64,000 bases of DNA, from assembly GCA_033577755.1 (NCBI GenBank), contig JAVQXV010000001.1:843-64842 (forward strand). Reading direction: 5' to 3'. The notes beneath the pieces are model-generated. The model was not told the origin of the DNA, did not search any database, and saw nothing but the letters and a program-made list of their open reading frames with translations. This document shows positions 10,552 to 18,619 of the stretch, piece by piece (positions within the stretch are counted from its first letter, which is position 1; each line of letters begins with the position of its first letter). The DNA is from Anaerolineales bacterium (GTDB lineage Bacteria > Chloroflexota > Anaerolineae > Anaerolineales > UBA6663). The position numbers and the translations under genes are program-made.

Positions 10552-11466
10552 CTACCTGAGCCAGCGCTCGGCCTGTCGCTGCAGGACAGAGTAGGCGGCG
10601 ATGCACACCGCCATGATGGCAATCATGCCCAGCACCAGCGCGTAGCCGAGGCCGGGATTGTTGAGCACGTCGCCGCGAATCTGCGCGCCGATGACGATGG
10701 TGACCAGCGTAATCGTCCCACCGGTCAGCGCTTGCGCTGTGGCATACGCGCCAAAAGCGTTGCCGAAGAGCAGGATGAGCGTGCCCAGCAACGTGGGCGT
10801 GAGGATAGGCAGGGCGACGTAGCGCCAGTATTGCCAGTTGGTCGCGCCCAGGCTCTCCGCCGCCTCGCGCCACTCGCGCTTCAGGCTCTCCAGGGCCGGG
10901 ACCATAATCAGAACCATCAACGGCAATTGAAAGTACATGTACGCGGCCACGAGGCCGGGCAGCGTGTACAAGTTGAAACCCATCTGATAGATGTCCAGCC
11001 CAAAGGTATCTCGAAGGAAGCCGGTCACGAAACCGGTGCGGCCGATGGTGGCGATGATGGAGAAGGCCAGCGGCACGCCGCCGAAGTTGGCGGCCAGCCC
11101 GGAGAAGGTGAGAATGGCGCGGCGCACCGCCGGGTGAACGCCGCCCAGCGCAACGGCATAGGCCAGCAGGAACCCAAACAGGCCGCCGACTACGGCAGTA
11201 ATTAGGCTAAGCACAATGCTGTTGCGATAGGCATTGATGATGAGGGGCGAGTTCAACGCGGCCACGTTATCCAGCGTGAACCGGCCTTGCGCGTCGGTGA
11301 AGCTGCCTGTGAACAGAGTGAGCGAAGGCAGCGCGATGAAGGCGAAGGCAAACAGGAAGAAAGGAATGAGTCCCAGCCAAGTCCAGGAGAAAGTAATGGT
11401 CGCGGGACGCAGGCGGGCTGGCGCTTCAGCAAGCGTAGTCATCAGCGGTTCTTTGGGGAAGCTCAA
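10552..11466 (-). CDS. ABC transporter permease (PhnU/PotB-like)
   Basis: 304 aa, multi-TM, EAA loop (REAAESLGATNWQYWRYVALP). Confidence 0.85.
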   Translation of the reverse strand: MSFPKEPLMTTLAEAPARLRPATITFSWTWLGLIPFFLFAFAFIALPSLTLFTGSFTDAQGRFTLDNVAALNSPLIINAYRNSIVLSLITAVVGGLFGFLLAYAVALGGVHPAVRRAILTFSGLAANFGGVPLAFSIIATIGRTGFVTGFLRDTFGLDIYQMGFNLYTLPGLVAAYMYFQLPLMVLIMVPALESLKREWREAAESLGATNWQYWRYVALPILTPTLLGTLILLFGNAFGAYATAQALTGGTITLVTIVIGAQIRGDVLNNPGLGYALVLGMIAIMAVCIAAYSVLQRQAERWLR

Positions 11467-11524
11467 CGGGCAGAGTCATCTTCTGCCCGTTGAGCCGGCT
11501 AGAGCAAGTAGAGCAGGACGATGA

Positions 11525-12709
11525 TTACGGCGCGGCCTTGATGTCCAAACCGACCACTTTATCCCACTCATTCTTGATTTTCTCGCGCGCCGCCGAAAGC
11601 TGTTCCACGCTCGGGATGACAGCGTTCTCCATGACGCCCTTGGCCGGCATCTTCGCCAACAGGTCGGGCGGGACGACGCCGCGGGCCACCATGTCCGCAA
11701 AACGGGCCGGCACGCAGTAGCCCTTCATCCAAATCTTCTGGCCTTCATCGGAGTAGAGGAACTCCTGCCACAGGCGGGCCGCCGCCGGATTGGGCGCGTA
11801 GGCGCTAATGGCCTGCAGATACCAGCCACCCCATGAGCCGGAAGCGGGATAGACGATTTCCACGCCGGGGTTGCCGTTGAGGTTGTCGCGGGCGGCCAGC
11901 GCCAAGTAATTCCAGGCAAAGGTGATGGGCGTCTCGCCTTTGGCAAACGTGCCGCTGGTGGCGATAACGGGCAGCAAGTTGCCGACGGCATTCATCTCCT
12001 TGAAGTAGTTCAGGCCGGGGTCAATGTTATCCAGCGAGCCGCCGTTGGCCAGCGCTGCTGCATACACCGTCTGTGCCGCCTGGTTGCTGGCGCGCGGGTC
12101 GCCGGCGAGGGCGACCTGGCCCTTATATTTCTTATCGAGAAGGTCTTTCCAGTCCTTGGGGATGTCCTTCACTACGTCGGTGTTGATTTGGAAGACCAGC
12201 ACACCGCCATAGTCGGCGTAGTAATAACCATCGGGGTCTTTGACGCCGGCAATGGTGTCGAAGCCCTGCACCTTGTAGGGCGCAAGCAGCCCTTCCTGCT
12301 TGGCGGGGGGGCCGAAGGCCACGCCGATATCAATCACGTCCGGCGCCTGCGGGCCGCCGCTCTCCTTGTTGGCGCGGATGGCCTCCAGCTCATCTGCCGA
12401 GCCGGCCTCCGGGTTCAACTCGTTAACGGCGATGCCGTACTTCGACTTGAAGGTGTCAATCATCTCGCCGTAGTTGCACCAATCGCGGGGTAGAGCGATG
12501 ACGTGCAGGTTGCCCTCTTTCTTCGCCTGAGCGATGAGGGCTTCCATGCCACCGGCCTCTGCTGCCGAGCGCACCGTTCGCCAGTCCACGGAAGGGGTTG
12601 GAGCGGCTGTGGGCGCGGGCGTCGCAGCCGGGGCGCAGGCGGCGAGCAATAGCGCAGCAATGGTCAAGACCACGATGCTGCGAGCTACGAGACGTTGAGA
12701 TAGGGACAT
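11525..12709 (-). CDS. ABC transporter substrate-binding lipoprotein (PhnS/iron-thiamine-type PBP)
   Basis: Lipoprotein signal ...LLLAAC followed by an Ala/Pro/Thr linker, then a periplasmic-binding fold. First gene of the phosphonate operon. Confidence 0.8.
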   Translation of the reverse strand: MSLSQRLVARSIVVLTIAALLLAACAPAATPAPTAAPTPSVDWRTVRSAAEAGGMEALIAQAKKEGNLHVIALPRDWCNYGEMIDTFKSKYGIAVNELNPEAGSADELEAIRANKESGGPQAPDVIDIGVAFGPPAKQEGLLAPYKVQGFDTIAGVKDPDGYYYADYGGVLVFQINTDVVKDIPKDWKDLLDKKYKGQVALAGDPRASNQAAQTVYAAALANGGSLDNIDPGLNYFKEMNAVGNLLPVIATSGTFAKGETPITFAWNYLALAARDNLNGNPGVEIVYPASGSWGGWYLQAISAYAPNPAAARLWQEFLYSDEGQKIWMKGYCVPARFADMVARGVVPPDLLAKMPAKGVMENAVIPSVEQLSAAREKIKNEWDKVVGLDIKAAP

Positions 12710-12890
12710 AAGCTACTCCTTCTTGAGGGTGTGATGAATGCTCACGACTCACCGGTTGTGCTACCAGAACCGGGATGGCAATCGGTCGGCGAAGGGCACT
12801 ATCCGGTTCGTCAAAGCGAGCTTGGCTGGCTAATTTCTCGCACTTTTCCCTCAAGGGGCTGTCATTTTCTCTATAAGAAAATTTTAATGT

Positions 12891-12902
12891 CCGATTAATC
12901 GG
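12891..12902. promoter_or_regulatory. 12-bp perfect palindrome CCGATTAATCGG upstream of the phosphonate operon
   Basis: Seen directly. Lies in the AT-rich part of the 12710-13068 intergenic region. Confidence 0.3.
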
Positions 12903-13026
12903 GTTTGAGCCGGCAACCAACCGGCGGACGTTGCAGCCATGACTCTTGACCAAAGTGGGCTGGCAGACGGGCGCAAGACAGGAGGGAATGAAACCGGCGT
13001 TGCCAGACCTGTATTTCGATATAGGG

Positions 13027-13045
13027 TAGAATATGTATTGCAATA
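13027..13045 (+). promoter_or_regulatory. candidate TA promoter (-10 TAGAAT) with adjacent 10-bp palindrome TATTGCAATA
   Basis: TAGAAT at 13027-13032. Perfect palindrome at 13036-13045. Both lie 24-40 nt upstream of the antitoxin ATG. Confidence 0.4.
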
Positions 13046-13068
13046 TAAACTCCAATAGGATTGCCGAT

Positions 13069-13362
13069 ATGGACAAAATCATTGGCGTCACCGAACTACA
13101 GCGCAAGTTCCGGTCTGTATTTGACGAGGTCGTGCAGAAGCATGTCCCCTACATCCTTACGCGCGGCAGCCGCCCGGAAGCAGTCCTGATCTCCTATGAT
13201 CACTATGTCCGGTTGATGCGAGCCGATGAGGCCGGCGTGCTCAAGCGCTTTGATGCGCTCCTCGACCGGATGGCTCGCGTCAACGCCCATTATTCGGAGG
13301 AGGAAGTGGAAGCTGACCTGCGTGAAGCAATCAGACTTGTCCGGTCAGGGAAACGCAAGTAG
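13069..13362 (+). CDS. Phd/YefM-family type II antitoxin
   Basis: Start trimmed to MDKIIGVTELQRKF..., with TAGGAT 8 nt upstream. The N-terminus is typical of Phd/YefM (ELQRKFRSVFDEV, PYILTRGSRPEAVLISYDHY). Confidence 0.8.
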   Translation: MDKIIGVTELQRKFRSVFDEVVQKHVPYILTRGSRPEAVLISYDHYVRLMRADEAGVLKRFDALLDRMARVNAHYSEEEVEADLREAIRLVRSGKRK

Positions 13363-13374
13363 TCCGGGCAAGCG

Positions 13375-13812
13375 ATGTTGCGCGCCGTTGTTGATACCAA
13401 CATTCTCATTCGGGCGGTAATCAAGTCAACCGGCACTGTCGGGCCGGTGATTCAACGGTTGCGCGATGGCGCCTATATGCTCGTATATTCCCAACCGCTT
13501 ATTGATGAATTGCTGGAAACGCTGGCCCTACCCCAAATTCGTCAGAAGTATCACCTGGACGACCAAAGCGTTGACAACCTGCTGGCACTTATCGCCTTGC
13601 GCGGAGAGCTTGTTACGCCAACACGAACGATCAAGGTCTGCCGCGATCCGAAGGATGATATGTTCATTGAAGCGGCTGTCTCGGGGAAGGCAGAGTTCGT
13701 TGTGACCGGTGACCAGGACTTACTGGCCTTGAAGAAATATGAGGCCGTTCGTTTCGTCACGCCCCGCACTTTCATAGCATGCCTTGATGAAGGGCGGGAA
13801 GGGAATAGGTAG
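13375..13812 (+). CDS. PIN-domain toxin (PIN_3 / TIGR00305-like)
   Basis: 145 aa. VVDTNILI at the N-terminus, conserved acidic positions (DDMFIEAAV, VTGDQDLL). Starts 12 nt after the antitoxin stop. Confidence 0.85.
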   Translation: MLRAVVDTNILIRAVIKSTGTVGPVIQRLRDGAYMLVYSQPLIDELLETLALPQIRQKYHLDDQSVDNLLALIALRGELVTPTRTIKVCRDPKDDMFIEAAVSGKAEFVVTGDQDLLALKKYEAVRFVTPRTFIACLDEGREGNR

Positions 13813-13857
13813 TTTAGAGCACACACAAAGGTTGTCGGCGAAGCGCCAAAATCGGCA

Positions 13858-13939
13858 CACCAGACCTGACAGGTGTCGCACATGAAGCTATGCAACCACG
13901 AAATTTCTCGCAACACCTGTCAGGTTCTTTGACCTGGTG
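13858..13939. repeat. long hairpin between convergent genes (13-bp perfect stem)
   Basis: ACCTGACAGGTGT at 13864-13876 pairs with ACACCTGTCAGGT at 13913-13925. Outer pair CACCAG/CTGGTG. Sequence resembles the R1 end motif CTGACA.GT..GTGCACA. Confidence 0.7.
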
Positions 13940-13971
13940 CGCAATATGTCAGGCGATTGGCGCGCCTGATG

Positions 13972-15042
13972 TTACGAAGAAGGAGGCTCAGCCTTGTGCC
14001 GGGGGAAGCAGGCCAGGGGATGGCCCGGCGTAAGCTCGACCGTCACCGCAGTGCCGGGCGCGTATTGCTCGAAGTGGGGGCCGAAGCAACGCACCGTGCG
14101 CCCGGAGGCCAGCCGCACCTGATACACATACACATCACCACGAAACACGCCGCTTTCGATGCGCGCCGTGCCGCCAGGCTCGACCCGCAACGTCAGGTCG
14201 TCGGGCCGAACCAGCATATCCACTTCCATGCCCGGCGGCCAGGCCGTGCCTTGTGCAGCGCAACCGATTTCGGTTTCCACGCCGCGCGAGGTGACCACCG
14301 CCGGCAGGAAGAACGACCCGCCGAGGAACTCCGCCACGAAGCGCGTGGCCGGCAGCGCGAACAACTCCACCGGCGTGCCGACCTGCTCGAGGGTGCCGGC
14401 GTTCATCACGGCCACAGTATCGGCCAGGCTCAGGGCTTCTTCCTGATCGTGGGTGACGAAGATGGCCGTCGCTCCGGCCTGCCGCAGGATGTCGCGCACT
14501 TCGGCGCGCATGGCCTGGCGGAGGCCAGCATCAAGATTCGAGAACGGCTCATCGAGCAGGACGATTTCCGGGCGCGGCGCCAGGGCGCGCGCCAGCGCCA
14601 CCCGCTGCTGCTGCCCACCGGAGAGCTGATGTGGATAACGGTCACCCAGTCCGTCCAGCCCGACGAGCGCCATCAGCTCGGCGACCCGCACACGCCGGTC
14701 GGCGTTCGAGATGCCGTTGAGCGGGAAAGCGATGTTGGCCGCAACGGTCAGATGTGGGAAAAGCGCGTAATCCTGAAAGACCATGCCCACGCGCCGCGCT
14801 TCGGGCGGAACCCATACGCCCAGGCCGGCCACCGTGCGTCCATTCAGTTTCACTTCACCGCTGTCCGGCTTTTCCAATCCGGCCACCAGCCGCAGCACCG
14901 TCGTCTTACCGCAACCGCTCGCGCCCAGCAAGGCAAACAGGCTGCCGCGAGGCACGGCCAGCGACAGCTCACGCACCGCCTGAACCGAGCCGAAGCGTTT
15001 GCTTACTTTATGCAACTCAATGAGGAAGGTAGAAGCGGTCAT
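13972..15042 (-). CDS. ABC transporter ATP-binding protein, Fe(3+)-type (FbpC-like)
   Basis: Walker A GASGCGKTT, LSGGQQQR, Walker B VLLDEP, C-terminal TOBE-like domain. ATGA overlap with the upstream permease gene. Confidence 0.85.
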   Translation of the reverse strand: MTASTFLIELHKVSKRFGSVQAVRELSLAVPRGSLFALLGASGCGKTTVLRLVAGLEKPDSGEVKLNGRTVAGLGVWVPPEARRVGMVFQDYALFPHLTVAANIAFPLNGISNADRRVRVAELMALVGLDGLGDRYPHQLSGGQQQRVALARALAPRPEIVLLDEPFSNLDAGLRQAMRAEVRDILRQAGATAIFVTHDQEEALSLADTVAVMNAGTLEQVGTPVELFALPATRFVAEFLGGSFFLPAVVTSRGVETEIGCAAQGTAWPPGMEVDMLVRPDDLTLRVEPGGTARIESGVFRGDVYVYQVRLASGRTVRCFGPHFEQYAPGTAVTVELTPGHPLACFPRHKAEPPSS

Positions 15043-16646
15043 TCGGGCAGATCGCGGACAGGCGTCGTCTGACGGGAGTACACCCAGGCGAGCGGAATCA
15101 GGGTCAACATGATGAGCAGCAGGGCAGGCGGCGCGGCCTGCGTGTACACGCGTTCATCAGCGGCAGACCAGATGCTAACGGGTAAGGTATCGAAGCCGGG
15201 CGGGCGCAGCAGAATGGCCGTCGGCAATTCCTTCATGGCAGCGATGAAGGCCAGCGCCCAGCTCGCGATCACGCCCGGCGCGGCCACCGGCAGAGTGACG
15301 CGCCGAAATGCCCCCCACCCGGTCTGGCCTAGCGTCCGCGCGGCCTGCTCCAATGAAGGCGGCACGCTCCGCAGAACGGCCTCGTTGGTGGCCAGGGCCT
15401 GCGGCATCAGCCGAAAGGTGAAGGCGAGGATGAGGGCAGCAACCGTGCCGTAAAGGAAATTGACCCATTGATTGAGAAACATGACGAAACTGAGGCCGGC
15501 GATGAGGCCCGGCAAGGCGTAGGGCATTTTACACGCAGCCAGCAGCAGGCGCGTCCAGCGCGAAGGGAAGCGCGCGTCCAGGTACACCGGCGCAAAGGCG
15601 AGCGCCAGCGCCAAGGTCGCCGCCGTGCCGGCCACCATGACGCTGTTCCGGCCATGCACCCACACCCCCTCGTTGCCCACCGACCAGATGCGGTCAACCT
15701 CTGTCGGGAAGAGAAGGCCCTGCAACGTCTGGCCGCTCAGCACCGCAAAGGGGAAGAACAAAGCAAAGCCCGCTACGAGCGTCACAGCGCCCAACGCCGG
15801 CCAGCGCCAGCCGTTCAGCCTGAGCACCTCCGGCGGCCTCCGGGTCTGGCCGACGTTCAGGCGGCGCTCGCGGCGGTTGAGGCGCAGCTCGCCGAGCACC
15901 AGTGGCAGCGTCAGGCCGATGAGCAGCAGGCTGAGGATGGAGGCCGCGGCACGGTCCGTCTGCCCGGCGAACTGACGGAAAATCGAGACCGTGAAGGTGC
16001 GATATTGCAGGAGCACTACCGTGCCGAAATCCGAAAGCACGTACAGCCCCACCAGCAAGGCGCCGGCGGTCACTGCCGGCAGGATGAGGGGCAGCGTGAC
16101 CTCACGGAACGTCCCCCACGCCGAGCGGCCCGCCACCCGCGCAGCGTCCTCCAGTGAGCGGCTGATAGAACGCAACGCTGAGGCAGCCGGTAGATAGACG
16201 TAGGGGAAGACGCACAGGCTGATGATGAGCGCAGCGCCGGGGAGGGTGTACAAATCGGGCAACGGCAAGCTGCCGAGGGGCGCGCCCGTCCATTGGCGAT
16301 AGACGGTCTCCAGCAGGCCGCCGCGCCGGAAGACGATGAGCCAGCACGCGGCCGCCACATAGGCCGGCACGGCAAGCGGCAGCGCCAGCAGCCAGCGCCA
16401 TACGCTCCGGCCCGGTAAATCGGTGCGCTCCACCAGCCAGGCACAGCCCACACCTAGCAACGTACTCAGGGCCACCGCAGCCAGCAGCAGGGACAGCGTG
16501 CTGCTTATCAGTCCGGGCAGTTGACCCACCCACAGCCGCTGCCACACGCCGGCATCCGCGCCCAGCGCCCGCAGGACGATGTAGGCGAGCGGAATGAGCG
16601 TGAAGGCGGCAACGAGGATGGAGACAAAGGTTAGCCGGCGCATCAC
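15039..16646 (-). CDS. iron ABC transporter permease, duplicated-domain type (FbpB-like)
   Basis: 535 aa with two tandem permease halves, each carrying an EAA-like loop (EDAARVAGRSAW.. and EQAARTLGQTGW..). Confidence 0.85.
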   Translation of the reverse strand: MMRRLTFVSILVAAFTLIPLAYIVLRALGADAGVWQRLWVGQLPGLISSTLSLLLAAVALSTLLGVGCAWLVERTDLPGRSVWRWLLALPLAVPAYVAAACWLIVFRRGGLLETVYRQWTGAPLGSLPLPDLYTLPGAALIISLCVFPYVYLPAASALRSISRSLEDAARVAGRSAWGTFREVTLPLILPAVTAGALLVGLYVLSDFGTVVLLQYRTFTVSIFRQFAGQTDRAAASILSLLLIGLTLPLVLGELRLNRRERRLNVGQTRRPPEVLRLNGWRWPALGAVTLVAGFALFFPFAVLSGQTLQGLLFPTEVDRIWSVGNEGVWVHGRNSVMVAGTAATLALALAFAPVYLDARFPSRWTRLLLAACKMPYALPGLIAGLSFVMFLNQWVNFLYGTVAALILAFTFRLMPQALATNEAVLRSVPPSLEQAARTLGQTGWGAFRRVTLPVAAPGVIASWALAFIAAMKELPTAILLRPPGFDTLPVSIWSAADERVYTQAAPPALLLIMLTLIPLAWVYSRQTTPVRDLPE

Positions 16647-16722
16647 AACGGAGTGCGTCGTGCGTGTTCATCCTCACGCACTATCAGATTGCCCTTGAAC
16701 GACCACATTGACCGCGAAGATT

Positions 16723-16825
16723 CTGAATCCACGAAGTCACACGAAGGAACACGAAGAAACATGAAGAAACTCATGGGCCTTTCGTGCAACTTCGTGTCCT
16801 TCGTGCCCTTCGTGGATTCCTTCAG
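16723..16825. repeat. low-complexity word hairpin (CACGAAG / CTTCGTG words)
   Basis: Arms of about 45 nt, CTGAATCCACGAAG...CACGAAG... and ...CTTCGTG...CTTCGTGGATTCCTTCAG, imperfectly complementary. Lies in the binding-protein-to-permease spacer. Confidence 0.75.
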
Positions 16826-16855
16826 TTGCGGCTGGGGGCCACGCGATGCATTTGC

Positions 16856-17983
16856 CTACGGCAGACCGGCTTTCTGCGCCAGTGCCCGCGTCGGCTCCAG
16901 CTCTTCCCACATCAACTTCAGCGAGATGCCGGCCAGCCTGAAGCTTTCCAGCGGCGGCACGCCGGGGGCCAGTGCGATGTCCTTCAGGATCGGATACTCA
17001 TAGTTCCTCTCCGCATACACCCGCTGGCCACGCGGCGAGAGCATGAAGTCCACGAACACCCGCGCCAGGTCGGCGTGCGGCGCGCCCTTGAGGATTCCGG
17101 CGTTGGTGGAGTTGTAGATGAGGCCTATCTGGCCTTCGCCCTGGTCGGGCCAGACGATACCCACCGGCGCTCCCTCGGCCTTCGACAGGAAGTAGTAATA
17201 GTGATTGACAAGGCCCAGCTTTAGCTCGCCCGCGCCGACGGCTTTGCGGATGTCGGTGTGGCCGCCGAAGAAGCGGGTATCGTTCGCCACCAGCCCGGCG
17301 ATGAACTCCTCGGCTTTCTTGTCGCCGGCCAGCTTACGAATGGCGGCCAGATTCGCCATCATCGCGCCGCTGGTGCTGTCCGTCGCCCCGACCTTTCCCT
17401 TCCATTTCGGGTCGGTCAGGTCGAAGATGGATTTCGGCGCTTCATCGGGCGAGACCAGCTCGGTGTTGTACATGATGACGCGGGCACGCAGGGTGAGCGC
17501 CACCCAGCTCCCGTCCTCGGCGCGGTAGTCCAGTGGCACCGCAGCCACTGCCGGCGAGTCGTTCGGCTGGAACACGCCCTGTGACGCCAGATTAATCATC
17601 GTCAGCGTGTCGCTGTTGATGAACACATCGGCCACCGGGTTCTTCTGTTCTTCGAGGATTTTCGCGGCCAGCTCGCTGTTGCTCCCGCTCAGCACCGTGA
17701 CCTTGACCTTCGGATACGCGGCGTTGAAGGCTTCGATGACGGGCTTAAACAACGACTCGGCGCGAGTGGTGTAAACGGTGAGTTCGCCCTGCGGTTCGGG
17801 CCGGGCGGTCGGGGTCACTTCTACCACGACCGTTTCTTTGACGGTGACGGTTTGCTGTACCGGCACCTCGACCGTCTCTCGGACAATCTGCGGCGTTGGC
17901 GTCGCGGCCGGCGCACAGGCGCTGAACGCAAGTGCGGCCGCCATCAGGCCAGAGACTAGTGACAGGATACGTCGGAAGACCAT
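16856..17983 (-). CDS. Fe(3+) ABC transporter substrate-binding lipoprotein (FbpA/AfuA-like)
   Basis: Lipoprotein signal ...ALAFSAC plus a Pro/Thr linker, then a PBP2 iron-binding-type fold. Adjacent to the FbpB/C-like genes. Confidence 0.8.
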   Translation of the reverse strand: MVFRRILSLVSGLMAAALAFSACAPAATPTPQIVRETVEVPVQQTVTVKETVVVEVTPTARPEPQGELTVYTTRAESLFKPVIEAFNAAYPKVKVTVLSGSNSELAAKILEEQKNPVADVFINSDTLTMINLASQGVFQPNDSPAVAAVPLDYRAEDGSWVALTLRARVIMYNTELVSPDEAPKSIFDLTDPKWKGKVGATDSTSGAMMANLAAIRKLAGDKKAEEFIAGLVANDTRFFGGHTDIRKAVGAGELKLGLVNHYYYFLSKAEGAPVGIVWPDQGEGQIGLIYNSTNAGILKGAPHADLARVFVDFMLSPRGQRVYAERNYEYPILKDIALAPGVPPLESFRLAGISLKLMWEELEPTRALAQKAGLP

Positions 17984-18186
17984 AACAAGCTCCTTCTGTA
18001 AGGGGTGATTTACAGGGTGACTTTTGTATTGAGCGAAAGCCTCGCTCCAGCCAGGGTTACGCTATCGCTCGCTCCGGCAGCTCTCGCCCCGTTGAGCGGG
18101 CGGTGGCATGCGCCATTCTCTTGCTTTTCCGGTTTGTTCTCTGTGCAACACTCCTTTCCAAGCGCGAACCTCGCGGCGGATGGCAA

Positions 18187-18567
18187 TCAATTGGCGCAGA
18201 AACTCGCCGGGGCAGAGTGAATCCGGCCGATGGCCGGTCCGAACTCGCTGGCGTCCATCGCGGACGACACTTCCATCTGAAGCCGAGCCTGGGAAAGCAG
18301 CGCCACGAAGCGCACAAACTCGCCGTAAGGGATTCCCAGAACGACAGTGTTCACCCGCAGGCGAAACCAGTAATGTGGGGCATGTTGCCCGATCGAAGCG
18401 TGTAATTCCCGCAGGGCCTTCTGCGTCTCATCGGCTAGAGCATGGAAACGTTCCTTTCTAAGGTGCAGGCCCAATCCATCCCACATCACGTGAACTGTGC
18501 CATGCTCACAAGAGCTGATATAGCGTGTACTCGACTGTTCTGCCAGAATGGTTTCATATTGGCACAT
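18187..18567 (-). CDS. hypothetical protein (126 aa)
   Basis: Start trimmed to the internal ATG (MCQYETIL...), which has GGAGG 6 nt upstream. The longer ORF-track start would overlap the FTR1 gene. Lower-GC patch. No family recognised. Confidence 0.5.
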   Translation of the reverse strand: MCQYETILAEQSSTRYISSCEHGTVHVMWDGLGLHLRKERFHALADETQKALRELHASIGQHAPHYWFRLRVNTVVLGIPYGEFVRFVALLSQARLQMEVSSAMDASEFGPAIGRIHSAPASFCAN

Positions 18568-18619
18568 GAGACCTCCGAACAACACTCTAGAAGATTGGCT
18601 GTGCGCCGGGATGTTCGCT

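Noticed and set aside
9740-10873. Long N-terminal extensions in the ORF track. Examples: 9740-10873, 24910-25908, 41444-42319, 44200-45393, 47736-48290, 50081-51478, 56977-59514 and 32717-34717.
   Set aside because: The extensions overlap neighbouring genes or repeats and lack family similarity. Internal starts with an RBS and/or a canonical protein N-terminus were used instead.
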